DNA of 24,000 nucleotides from Nitrincola lacisaponensis (GTDB taxonomy: Bacteria > Pseudomonadota > Gammaproteobacteria > Pseudomonadales > Balneatricaceae), in NCBI RefSeq assembly GCF_000691225.1, contig NZ_JMSZ01000021.1, positions 109,764 through 133,763 on the forward strand. Reading direction: 5' to 3'. The first letter of the stretch is position 1, and every line of letters begins with the position of its first letter. This document shows, piece by piece, positions 7,557 to 17,700 of the stretch. The translations under genes and the position numbers were made by a program. The notes under the pieces were generated by a model. That model was given only the letters and a program-made list of their open reading frames with translations. It was not told the origin of the DNA and ran no database searches.

Positions 7557-7847
7557 ATGTCAAAAGTGTGTTTGCGTGTTGTTGTTTCTGGTCGGGTTCA
7601 GGGAGTATGGTTCCGTCGTTTTACCCAGCAAAAAGCTGAGGCACACGGTGTGCTGGGCTGGGTGCGTAACCTGGCCGATGGGCGTGTTGAAGCACTGCTC
7701 TGTGGAGATGAAATCAATGTGCGTCATGTTGAAGCCTGGATGAGCCAGGGACCTGAGTTGGCGAATGTGGCTGAGCTGTTGAGTGAAGAGCAACCCTGGC
7801 AGGCAGACTATGCCGATTTTCAGGTGCTGGAGGATGCTGAGGCATAA
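7557..7847 (+). CDS. acyP: Acylphosphatase
   Basis: Both family signatures are present: VSGRVQGVWFRRF and GWVRNLADGRVEALL. The size (96 aa) is typical. Confidence 0.9.
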   Translation: MSKVCLRVVVSGRVQGVWFRRFTQQKAEAHGVLGWVRNLADGRVEALLCGDEINVRHVEAWMSQGPELANVAELLSEEQPWQADYADFQVLEDAEA

Positions 7848-7918
7848 AGTCTCGGGAACCTCTGGTGTTGGTAAATGACATAACTACTGAATGAGGAGAA
7901 TTTCACAGGAGGTCGTTA

Positions 7919-8533
7919 ATGTCAGAATCCCTTGAGCAGAGTCATTTCAAGCCACAAAACAGGTCGGACTGGATCGCTTATCGCATGACACGTTTTTTAC
8001 GTTTTTTTGCCGATAAACTGTTTGCCAATCGTTATGGTCATCGAGCCGTGGTGCTGGAAACTGTGGCAGCCGTACCGGGTATGGTGGGTGGAATGCTGCA
8101 GCATTTAAAAGCTCTGCGGCGTATTCGGGATGATGAAGGCTGGATCCGCACCTTGCTGGATGAGGCCGAAAATGAACGCATGCATCTGATGACCTTTGTG
8201 CATATAGCTCAGCCCAACCGCTTTGAACGTCTGCTGATACTTTTGGTTCAGGGTATATTCTACAACAGCTTTTTTCTGCTTTATCTGTGTTCACCCCGTA
8301 CCGCCCATCGTTTTGTCGGTTACCTGGAAGAGGAAGCGGTATACAGCTATACCGAGTACCTTGCCGGGATTGATGAGGGGCTGTATGAAAATGTACCGGC
8401 GCCACAGATTGCGATCGACTACTGGCAGTTGCCCGACGATGCACGTTTGCGTGACGTGGTATTGGCGGTGCGTGCCGATGAAGCCGGGCACCGTGATGTG
8501 AACCATCAGTTTGCCGATGCGTTGAATGACTGA
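7919..8533 (+). CDS. aox: Alternative oxidase (cyanide-insensitive di-iron ubiquinol oxidase), bacterial short form
   Basis: All four Glu/His iron-binding motifs are present: [38 protein letters not shown] strong SD (aggagg) lies 6 nt upstream of the ATG. Confidence 0.93.
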   Translation: MSESLEQSHFKPQNRSDWIAYRMTRFLRFFADKLFANRYGHRAVVLETVAAVPGMVGGMLQHLKALRRIRDDEGWIRTLLDEAENERMHLMTFVHIAQPNRFERLLILLVQGIFYNSFFLLYLCSPRTAHRFVGYLEEEAVYSYTEYLAGIDEGLYENVPAPQIAIDYWQLPDDARLRDVVLAVRADEAGHRDVNHQFADALND

Positions 8534-8542
8534 GCTGGGGCC

Positions 8543-11125
8543 TCAGAAGAGAGGCACCGGCAGTTGGCAGTGTTCGATGAACGCATCTATCGGCATGGGA
8601 CGTGCATAGAAATAGCCCTGGAAGCACTGGCAACCCAGCATTCTCAATGACTTGAGCTGTTGTTCATTTTCCACGCCTTCAGCGATAACGTTCAGGCTCA
8701 GGCTGCGACCCAGATCGATGATGGTTCTGGCAACGGCCAGATCACGTGGATCACGGTGCATGTCGCGCACGAAGGCCTGATCCACTTTGAGGGTGTCCAG
8801 TGGCAGGCTGATAAGCATATTCAAGGAAGAGAAACCGGTACCAAAGTCATCCAGTGAAAAGCGTATGCCATGCTGTTTCAGCTGCAACATCTTATCAATG
8901 GTGTGTTCTATATTGTCGATTAACAGACTTTCTGTCAGTTCCAGTTCCAGACGGTGTGCCGGTGCGCCAGTCTCGCTGAGAATACTCAGGACATCATCAA
9001 CAAACTGATGGTGATGCATCTGTACGGCACTGATGTTAACAGCGAGGGTGAGATGTGCTGTTTCCGGATCATCTGCCCAGCGTACCAGCTGCTTGCAGGC
9101 CGTACGCAGTATCCAGTGACCCATGGGTACGATGAGCCCGGTTGTTTCCGCGACCGGGATAAAGTCAGCCGGTGACACCAGCGGTTGGTCGGGTGGTTGC
9201 CAGCGAATCAAGACTTCAGCTCCCAGTAGCTGCTGATTGCTATGATATTGTGGCTGATAATAGAGAATAAACTCGTTTTCTTTAAGTGCACGACGTAACC
9301 CGAATTCAAGCTCAGCACGGTGCTCTGCCTGCTGCTGCATGCGGGTATCAAAGAAGCGTACCTGATTGCGTCCGACCTTTTTGGCGTCGTAAATGGCCAG
9401 CTCGGCCTGTTTGATCAGTTCTTCTGCGCTGTGTTGACTGTCTGAGAAGAGCGCTACACCAAAGCTGGCCGTGGTAACATAGTCCTGGTTTTGCAGGATG
9501 AAGGGCTGTTCGAAGGCTGCAATCAATTTGTCGAGCACCTGCTCAACCTGATTGAGTAAAACAGATGTGTCAGCTGACAGATCTTCCAGTAGCAGCATAA
9601 ACTCGTCACCGCCAAAGCGTGCAAGAGTATCACTGACCCGGATTTGATGGCTCAGACGCCGTGCAATAGCGGTCAGCAGCTGATCGCCGGTTTGATGTCC
9701 GAGAGTATCATTCAGCGTACGGAAATTATCCAGATCAATCATGATCACGGCTCCGTTGCCTATTTCCTGATGACGGTTGACCAGGCTGTGTTGCAGTCGA
9801 TCCAGCAGTAAACGCCGGTTGGGAAGGCCCGTCAGTACATCGTAAAAAATCAGCTGATGCACTTCTTTTTTATGGCGTTGTTGCTCGGTAATATCGGTCG
9901 CCAGTCCGCAAAGTGCATAAATTTTGCCCTGATCATCGCGCATCGGCACTTTAACCGATAGGAAGGTTCTGGGCTCCTCTTCACCGGGAAGTTTGTTGAC
10001 TTCCTCTCTGACCAGAGTTTCACCACTGAGCAGGGTCTGATCATCCAGACGGAAAATCTCAGCGGCCGAATCCGGATCAAAAAAAGCCTCGTCTGTCTGC
10101 CCCAGAATGTCAGATTCAGAGCAGTTAAACAGCTCACAAACCTTGGGGCTGGCATAGAGGTAATGGTGTTGCAGATCCTTGATATACACGTAGGCCTGCA
10201 GGTTGCTGAGAATCGTGGACAGCTTCTCGTCACTGCGCTTCAGTTCACGTCGGGTAAAGCGTATTTCCCGACGCTGGTATTTCATCAGTATCAGTGCCAG
10301 CAGCAATAAAACAATCAGGATACCGGCAAAAATCCACAGGCTTTTGGGCACTGTGTTCAGGGGTTTCTCTGTTTGCCAACCCTGCAGGATACGCTGATAG
10401 GGGGAGTCCGGTTGGTCGCTCCAGCGTGTTAGCCAATGATCAATGCGCTGCAGATAATCATGATGACTGTTTAAGGGCGCAGCAAAAAACAGTCGGGCGG
10501 GCTGAAACAGGATGGATGTGGACTCCAGTTGATAGCGATCTGCATGGTGGCTGCCAAACAGGTTGTTGGTTGCCAGGCCATCGGCCTGCCCGTCACGCAC
10601 CTGTTCCAGTGCAGCCTGCAAGCTGCTCACGGGAAGCCACTCAACTTGCAGGGAAAACTCCTGGGCCACTTGTTGCAGATAGGCTTGCTGAACTGAACCG
10701 GCGAGCAGCGCAATCCGTTTACCTTCAAGGTCCAGTACAGAATCGATGCTGACATCCTGATGACGGAATACCTGTGACCAGCTGTGGAGTGCCGGGCGTT
10801 GATGAAATGTCATCTCACGTTCACGTGCTTCGGTTCGGGCAACGTCGGGCAGCAGATCCAGTTCGCCGGATCTGAGCGCAGACAAGCAGGCATCCCACTG
10901 GCAGCTGACAGCCTGGAGTTGCCAGTTTTCACGCAACGCTATTTCCCGGATCAGCTCACCGAAAATCCCGGAAGGCAAGCCATCCGGTCCCATCAGAATT
11001 TTGGGTGGATTCTCATAGACACCCACGCGTACGATGGTGTGGTCTGCGAGCGTGATTGAACTGGCCAGTAAACTCAGCAATCCGGCAGCGGCAATCTTCC
11101 ATTTCATCAAAGCCATCCATTTCAT
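8543..11125 (-). CDS. Membrane c-di-GMP enzyme: periplasmic solute-binding (SBP_bac_3-like) sensor, TM, PAS, GGDEF, EAL
   Basis: Signal/TM segment followed by a periplasmic PBP-like region (VGVYENPPK...). Second TM: LWIFAGILIVLLLLALIL. PAS region: YVYIKDLQHHYLYASPK. GGDEF is intact (RFGGDEF, 9599-9613) with an RxxD I-site (RVSD, 9629-9640). The EAL domain reads EVLIRW (9200-9217), ELELTES, DDFGTGFSSL, KVDQAF, EGVENE, QGYFYARP. The start is ambiguous among TTG 11128, ATG 11125 and ATG 11107. Confidence 0.92.
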   Translation of the reverse strand: MKWMALMKWKIAAAGLLSLLASSITLADHTIVRVGVYENPPKILMGPDGLPSGIFGELIREIALRENWQLQAVSCQWDACLSALRSGELDLLPDVARTEAREREMTFHQRPALHSWSQVFRHQDVSIDSVLDLEGKRIALLAGSVQQAYLQQVAQEFSLQVEWLPVSSLQAALEQVRDGQADGLATNNLFGSHHADRYQLESTSILFQPARLFFAAPLNSHHDYLQRIDHWLTRWSDQPDSPYQRILQGWQTEKPLNTVPKSLWIFAGILIVLLLLALILMKYQRREIRFTRRELKRSDEKLSTILSNLQAYVYIKDLQHHYLYASPKVCELFNCSESDILGQTDEAFFDPDSAAEIFRLDDQTLLSGETLVREEVNKLPGEEEPRTFLSVKVPMRDDQGKIYALCGLATDITEQQRHKKEVHQLIFYDVLTGLPNRRLLLDRLQHSLVNRHQEIGNGAVIMIDLDNFRTLNDTLGHQTGDQLLTAIARRLSHQIRVSDTLARFGGDEFMLLLEDLSADTSVLLNQVEQVLDKLIAAFEQPFILQNQDYVTTASFGVALFSDSQHSAEELIKQAELAIYDAKKVGRNQVRFFDTRMQQQAEHRAELEFGLRRALKENEFILYYQPQYHSNQQLLGAEVLIRWQPPDQPLVSPADFIPVAETTGLIVPMGHWILRTACKQLVRWADDPETAHLTLAVNISAVQMHHHQFVDDVLSILSETGAPAHRLELELTESLLIDNIEHTIDKMLQLKQHGIRFSLDDFGTGFSSLNMLISLPLDTLKVDQAFVRDMHRDPRDLAVARTIIDLGRSLSLNVIAEGVENEQQLKSLRMLGCQCFQGYFYARPMPIDAFIEHCQLPVPLF

Positions 11126-11130
11126 CAAAG
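11099..11130. repeat. 18-bp-period tandem duplication (CCATTTCATCAAAG x2, spaced by CCAT) at the start codon of the GGDEF-EAL gene
   Basis: Copies at 11099-11112 and 11117-11130 are identical over 14 bp. In frame this gives LMKWMA / LMKWKI, so it duplicates the start codon and the signal-peptide n-region. Confidence 0.8.
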
Positions 11131-11270
11131 CGTTTATTCCTTAAAGGGATCATAGGCCCAGTATAGATCTGAAAAATCAAAACTGCGTAGCCTGGCGCTG
11201 CTGTTAACTCCACTAAACTTAGCATAGGATACACGGATGTTTAGACAAGGTTTTTAGAAGGAGCAGCCGC

Positions 11271-14200
11271 TTGAATGCGACAACGGACTGGCCGACCGGA
11301 CTCATGGTCATCCAGGGGAACCATCTGGAAGAGTTACGTCATCTGATGGTGCGCTGGACGCAGCGCTATCCACTCAGGCCGCTCGAAAATGAAGTCATGC
11401 TGGTGCAGAGTAATGGCATTGCTCAATGGCTCAAACTGGCACTGGCCGCCAAGGCGGGAGATGAGCTGGAATCCGGTTTGGGGATCGCAGCGGGCCTGCA
11501 GGTGATGCTACCAGGACGGTTTATCTGGCAGGCCTATCGTGCGGTGTTCCCCAGGTTGCCCAGCGCCTCTCCTTTTGATAAAGGTCCGCTGACCTGGCGC
11601 TTGTTGCGCCTGCTCAATGATCTGCCCGCGCTTGCTGCACGGGCCGGGAATGCCCAGGTATTACAGCCACTGGAGTATTTTCTGCAGCAGGATCCCTCGG
11701 TGTCCCGAACCTGGCGTCTGGCTTCGCGGCTGGCGGATCTTTACGATCAGTATCAGGTATACCGTGCGGACTGGCTGGATGCCTGGTTGGCTGGCGAGAC
11801 GGTGATAATCACTGCTCAGGGAGAGCGTCTGCCGCTGAGTGCAGAACAGCTCTGGCAGCCCTTGCTCTGGCAGTGGTTGCATGAAGATATTGCGGCTGAA
11901 CATGCCGAGATCGATTTTTTGCACTACGCCAGTCGTTCCAGTGTGCACCGACTGTTTTGTCAGCAGCTCAGTCAGGTATCTGCAGGGCAGGGCGCGGCTG
12001 GTTTACCCCGTCGAATCATTGTGTTTGGTATTTCTTCGTTACCTCAGCAGACACTGGAAGTGCTCGAAGTGTTGGCACAGTTTTCTCAGGTCATGCTGTT
12101 TGTCTGTAATCCCAGTCAGCATTACTGGGGCGACCTGATTGAAGGCCGTGAACTGTTCAAAAAAGCCTATCGTCGCAATTCAGGGCGTCCAGTTCCTGAC
12201 AGCCTGACTGATGAACAGTTGCATTTGCACGGCCATCCATTGCTTGCCGCCTGGGGGCGTCAGGGGCGGGATTATCTCCGACTGCTGGATGAGCGTGATC
12301 AGCCATCAACCTACCAGCAGCACTTTGAGCGTATCGACCTGTTTATTTCACCGGGTGATAAGACGCTGTTACAGCAGCTTCAGGACGATATTCTGGCATT
12401 ACGCAGCCTGGCAGAACGCCAGGCGATGTATACACAGGTACAGGCGCAGGATCGCAGCCTGTGTTTCATGGTCGCACACAGTCCTCAGCGTGAAGTGGAG
12501 ATACTACAGGACCAGTTGCTGGCGGAGTTTGAGGCCGCACAGCAGGCCGGTAATCCGCTGAACCCGCGTGATATTCTGGTTATGGTGCCGGATATTCAAC
12601 AGTATGCCGCACATATCGATGCGGTGTTTGGCAAGCTGGATCGTCATGATCCGCGCTATTTGCCGTTTCACATTGCTGATCAGGGGCAGCGCCATAAAGC
12701 GCCCCTGTTGATTGCCCTGGAGAGCCTGCTGCACCTGCCTGAATCACGTTTCAGTGTAACGGAGTTGCTGGATCTGCTGGATGTCCCGGCGCTGCGTGCC
12801 CGTTTTGAACTGGATGAAGTAGATCTGATCAGCCTGAAACGCTGGATTCAGGGAGCCAATATCCGTTGGGGACTGGATGCTACGCAGCGTGCGGCGCTGG
12901 ATCTGCCAGATGGTCTGGAAAGCAATACCTGGCGTTTTGGTCTGAAGCGTATGCTATTGGGGTACGCCAGTGGCGATACGGCCGGATGGCAGGGGACTGT
13001 GCCCTATGCGGAAGTGGCAGGACTGGAAGCGGCCAAGCTGGGGCCGCTGGTGTTGTTGCTGGATCAGCTGGAGAGCCTCTGGCATCTGCTGCCCCAACCG
13101 GCCAATGCATCTGGCTGGATTGCCCGTTTGCAGCAGCTGTTGCAGGACTTTTTCCTGCCTCAGAACGATCAGGATCAGGCACTGTTACTCAGGTTTGAAC
13201 AGCAGGCAACGCAGTGGCTCGATGCCATTGCCCTGGGTGATGCCTCTGACTTGCCCTTGACGCTGGATGTGGTGCGTGAGGAACTTCTGTCCGGTCTTGA
13301 CCAGCCGGGCCTGAGTCAGACCTTCCTTGCCGGTTCAGTGAACTTTGCCACCTTGATGCCGATGCGTGCAATTCCGTTTCGGCAGGTCTGGCTATTGGGG
13401 ATGAACGATGGTGATTATCCACGCTCGGTCAGTGCAGTCGACTTTGATTTGATGGCACAGGATTATCGTCCCGGCGATCGCTCACGTCGGGAAGATGACC
13501 GCTACCTGTTTCTGGAGGCGTTACTGGCGGCTCGCGAGAAGCTGGTGATCAGCTGGGTGGGGCGTAATGTGCGTGACAACTCGGTTCGACCGGCCTCGGT
13601 GCTGGTTGGACAGCTGCGCGATCATCTGCAGTCCGGTTGGCAGGGGCAAACACCGGATTTGTTGTCCGAACTGACCACTGAGCATCCGTTGCAACCTTTC
13701 AGCCACCAGTATTTTGCCGTTGAGTCTGCCTCGGAATCCGGACGCAGTTACGCAGCTGAATGGCTGGCCGTCCATCAGCCAGAACCAGAGCCGCCAGACA
13801 TACCCGCACTCGATACCTGGCAGCCCGATAGCCCCTTGTCGTTGACACAGCTGGTGCAGTTGCTGAAACAGCCGGTGGACAGCTTTTACAGCTTGCGCCT
13901 GCAAGTACCACGTACCGAGTCGATTCAGGTATTGCGTGATACGGAGAGTTTCGCACTGGACGGTCTGGAAGTCTGGCAATTGCGTGATCGGCTGTTGCAC
14001 ACGGCAGTGATGCCCGCCGTCGATGAGGAGGATTTTCTGCAGCGCAGTGCTGCAGAGGTTCAGCGTATGCAGCAAGAGGGTATTCTGGTTGAGGGTAGCC
14101 TGGGGCAACTGCAAGCGCAGACGCTGAAGCAAGGACTGGATGCTCTACAGGAAGTCTGGCAGGTTGAACGCCAGACCTACAGCGAGGCACTGGAAAGTCA

Positions 14201-14789
14201 GCCAGTGCAGTGTGCGGTACAGACCTCATGGGGTGTTCTGGCGGTTGAAACCCTGCTTGAACCCCTCTATCGAAATCCTGAAAACGGTGATCTGGCACTG
14301 CTGTTATTGCAAAGCAGCGGCCTGATCCGCCAGGGGCGCAACCGCAAATGGCATAATCATCTGCGAGGCTGGTTGATGCATCTGTTGGCTCATCAGCAGG
14401 GACTCAGACTGACTACCCGGATCCTGACACCGGAAGGGCAGATTGGCTTTGCCCCTCTGGACTCAGCGGCTGAGGCAACCGAATGCCTGGAGCGCCTGTT
14501 GCAGGCTGCTCATGAAACACTGCAAGCTCCCACGCTGATCAACCTGGAGACAGGTATTACCTGGCTGGAAAACAGTAGTGATCTGGACCCGTCAGGCACT
14601 CCTGAAGGTCGGCTGGTGACAAGGCTGCAGGACGCCTTGGATAATACCTTTCAGCAGAGCCGGTTTTTCCAGCAGCACTGTGCTGACCTGCAACAACTCC
14701 TGAGTGATGGAGCCTTTGCCCGTCGAGCCCAGGCACTCTATGGCGACTTTCATCATGCGGTGAAAACCCATAAGGACGGTGCGGCATGA
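11271..14789 (+). CDS. recC: Exodeoxyribonuclease V gamma subunit RecC
   Basis: 1172 aa. The N-terminus (VIQGNHLEEL...VMLVQSNGIAQWLKLAL) parallels E. coli RecC (VYHSNRLDVL...MILVQSTGMAQWLQMTL). It lies directly upstream of recB-recD. TTG start at 11271, 7 nt after gaaggag. Confidence 0.95.
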   Translation: MNATTDWPTGLMVIQGNHLEELRHLMVRWTQRYPLRPLENEVMLVQSNGIAQWLKLALAAKAGDELESGLGIAAGLQVMLPGRFIWQAYRAVFPRLPSASPFDKGPLTWRLLRLLNDLPALAARAGNAQVLQPLEYFLQQDPSVSRTWRLASRLADLYDQYQVYRADWLDAWLAGETVIITAQGERLPLSAEQLWQPLLWQWLHEDIAAEHAEIDFLHYASRSSVHRLFCQQLSQVSAGQGAAGLPRRIIVFGISSLPQQTLEVLEVLAQFSQVMLFVCNPSQHYWGDLIEGRELFKKAYRRNSGRPVPDSLTDEQLHLHGHPLLAAWGRQGRDYLRLLDERDQPSTYQQHFERIDLFISPGDKTLLQQLQDDILALRSLAERQAMYTQVQAQDRSLCFMVAHSPQREVEILQDQLLAEFEAAQQAGNPLNPRDILVMVPDIQQYAAHIDAVFGKLDRHDPRYLPFHIADQGQRHKAPLLIALESLLHLPESRFSVTELLDLLDVPALRARFELDEVDLISLKRWIQGANIRWGLDATQRAALDLPDGLESNTWRFGLKRMLLGYASGDTAGWQGTVPYAEVAGLEAAKLGPLVLLLDQLESLWHLLPQPANASGWIARLQQLLQDFFLPQNDQDQALLLRFEQQATQWLDAIALGDASDLPLTLDVVREELLSGLDQPGLSQTFLAGSVNFATLMPMRAIPFRQVWLLGMNDGDYPRSVSAVDFDLMAQDYRPGDRSRREDDRYLFLEALLAAREKLVISWVGRNVRDNSVRPASVLVGQLRDHLQSGWQGQTPDLLSELTTEHPLQPFSHQYFAVESASESGRSYAAEWLAVHQPEPEPPDIPALDTWQPDSPLSLTQLVQLLKQPVDSFYSLRLQVPRTESIQVLRDTESFALDGLEVWQLRDRLLHTAVMPAVDEEDFLQRSAAEVQRMQQEGILVEGSLGQLQAQTLKQGLDALQEVWQVERQTYSEALESQPVQCAVQTSWGVLAVETLLEPLYRNPENGDLALLLLQSSGLIRQGRNRKWHNHLRGWLMHLLAHQQGLRLTTRILTPEGQIGFAPLDSAAEATECLERLLQAAHETLQAPTLINLETGITWLENSSDLDPSGTPEGRLVTRLQDALDNTFQQSRFFQQHCADLQQLLSDGAFARRAQALYGDFHHAVKTHKDGAA

Positions 14790-17700
14790 CTGATCAGATT
14801 AACCGTCTGGACCCGCTGACGTTTCCACTGCAAGGACAGGCACTGATTGAAGCCAGTGCCGGTACAGGCAAGACATTTACCCTGGCTTTGCTGTATTTGC
14901 GCCTGGTGATACAACATGGTGGTGAACAGGCTTTCACGCGCCCGTTACTGCCACCGGAAATACTGGTGGTGACCTTCACCAATGCGGCGACAGCTGAACT
15001 GCGCGATCGTATCCGTGCCCGCCTGGTGGAGGCGGCTCAGGTGTTTGAGGGAGCTGAGTCAGAGGATGCATTACTGCAGGCATTGAAGCAGCAATTGCCA
15101 CCCGAGCAGCATCCACGTGCAGCCCGTCAACTCACACTGGCCGCTCAATGGATGGATGAATCTGCGATTTCTACCATTCATGCCTGGTGTTATCGCATGT
15201 TACGCGAGCATGCTTTTGATAGTGGCAGTGCGTTTGACCCGCAACTGGAAACACATGAGCAAACCTGGCAGCAGCAGGCCGCGGAAGACTATTGGCGTTC
15301 TGAGTACAGCCAGTTGCCACTGGATGAGCTGTCACGGGTTGTCAGTTGCTGGGCCTCACCTGATGCTTTGCTGAAAAAGGTCAAGCCCTGTCTGGACAAG
15401 CTTGTATACCTGCCTCAGCCCGGCGGGTCTGCATTGCAGCTGATTCATCAATATCTGCATCAGCGTGCACAGCAATTGGCCGACCTTAAGGCAAGATGGC
15501 AGCGGGAAGATTATATCGGGCAGTTACAGCAGCTGTTTGATCAGGCGGCCCGGCAAAAAGCCTTTCAGGCGAAAAAACTGAACAGCAATCATCGAGCGGG
15601 TGTGCTGAATAAACTGTCTGACTGGCTGGCGCAGGTATCACAGGAAGATCCGGGTATTTTTTCCGGAAAAAGCTGGCGGGTGATGTCCTCAGAAGGGGTG
15701 CAGGAGATTTGGCTGGAGGCGGATCAGGCACCGGTTGATCATCCTGCCTGTCGTGCGCTGGCGCAGCTGCAAGCGGATCTGGCCGCCTTGCCTGATCTTG
15801 AGCCTGATCTGCTATGTCATGCGGCACACTGGATTGCTGCCCGGATTGAAAAGGTCAAACTGCAATCCAATAGTCTCAGTCAGAACGACCTGCTGCTGCG
15901 GCTGGACCAGGCTCTGGCTTCAGCTCAGGGGGATGCATTGGCGAGGGCGATTCGCAAGCAGTTTCCGGTAGCGCTGGTGGATGAATTTCAGGATACAGAC
16001 CCGGTGCAGTACCGTATTTTTCGCCGTATTTATCATCAGCAGGGCGATAGTGAAGCCGTTGGCTTTTTTATGATCGGAGATCCGAAACAGGCCATCTACG
16101 CCTTTCGGGGAGCAGATATTTACACCTATCTGCAAGCACGTCGGGACAGTGAAGGGCGGCATTATACCCTGGATACCAATTACCGCTCGACAGCGGCGCT
16201 GATCACATCGGTGAATGAGGTATTCAGCCTGGCTGAACAGCGTTCCCGGGGCGCATTTCTGTTCAAGTCAGATCAGCAGAACCCGGTGCCGTTTGTACCG
16301 GTCAGGGCAGGGCGTGCCGAACTGCCGGGCTTGCTGCTGAATGGACAGGCGGCTCCGGCACTACAAGCCTGGTGGGTTGAACCGGTAGACGGCAAACTGA
16401 ATAAGGGCGATGCTCGTGCCCGTCTGGCTCAGGCGACGGCAGCCCGTATTACTGAATTACTGACTCAGGGGCAGCAGGGCAAGGCGTTGCTGCCCTTGGG
16501 CGACGCGGGCAGTTGGCGTGGCGTCCAGCCTGCGGACTGTGCTGTTTTGGTGAGCAATCTCACTGAGGCCAATTTGATCCGGCAGTCCTTGCAGCAGCTA
16601 GGGGTGGCCAGTGTCTATCTGTCGGATCGCTCCAGTGTATTTCAGACCCGTGTAGCCAGCGAGCTGTTACAGCTGCTGAGGGCTGTGGCGTCACCCTTGA
16701 ATGAAAAACTGATCCGCGCAGCTCTGGCCAGCCCATTGTTACGCCTTGATGTGCGTTTACTGGAGCGCTTGAATCGGGATGAGCTCTACTGGGAAAGCCA
16801 GTCTGGACAGTTTGTCACTTACCACCAGCTGTGGCAGCGTCAGGGGATACTGCCGTTAATTTATCGGCTGATACAGGATTTCAAACTGGCTGCAGGTGCC
16901 ACGCAGCGTGCACAGGGCGAGCGTGAGCTGACCGATCTGCTGCATCTGGGAGAGTTGTTGCATCAGGCCGCCGACATGCTTGATGGTGAACAGGCTCTGA
17001 TTCGTTTTCTGGAAGAGTCGATACTGGAGCCGGATGAGCAGAGTGAAGCGCAACAACTGCGTCTGGAAACCGATGATCAGCTGGTTCGGGTAGTGACGAT
17101 TCACAAGTCGAAAGGACTGGAGTATCCATTAGTTTTCCTGCCTTTTATTGGTGATAGCCGTCCGGCTACCGCGCGCGATACGCTGTTGATCACGCATACA
17201 TCGGACCAGCAGGTGGAAGTGCATCTACGCAGTAATGCGGAGAATCTGGCCCAGGCGGATGACGAGCGTCTGGCAGAAGATCTGCGCAAGCTTTATGTTG
17301 GTTTGACCCGTGCCCGCTTTGTTAACTGGATAGGTGTGGCCGAGACAGACGGGTTTGCGTCATCGGCACTGGCTTATGTTTTGAATGCGCCCGCTGAGTG
17401 CCCTGTTGAGGCCCTGCAAGCGCTGCAGACACTCAGTCGCCAAGCCTTGCCCGAGCAGTTGCCAGAGCCCTGGCAGCCAGAGCAGACCGCAGTGCAGTTT
17501 GCGGTACGCCAGGCGCCCCGCTTGACACATGAACACTGGTGGATCGCCAGCTATTCTGCCCTGAAGCAGGGGCGAACACAGGTCAGTGAAACCGCCTGGC
17601 AGGAAACCCTTCTGGACTCTCAGGAGAGCGACGATCTGCAGACGGCCATGCTGCCATCCAGAGATCTGCACGGCCTGCCTAAAGGCAGTCATATCGGTAC

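Noticed and set aside
7848-7918. Search for an NsrR-type inverted repeat (AAGATGCATTT-N-AAATGCATCTT-like) upstream of aox
   Set aside because: No resemblance found in the 71-bp spacer. Only an SD (aggagg) is recognisable.
7947-8633. 228-aa minus-strand ORF antisense to the alternative oxidase gene
   Set aside because: It fully overlaps a gene with unmistakable conserved motifs. Its translation is Arg/His/Pro/Ser-rich low-complexity sequence, typical of shadow ORFs in GC-rich coding DNA. It has no recognisable domain or SD.
13521-14298. Two overlapping ~200-aa minus-strand ORFs inside recC
   Set aside because: They are antisense to recC, with a biased Q/L/R/P composition mirroring the recC codons. 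They are mutually overlapping in different frames, so they cannot both be real, and most likely neither is.
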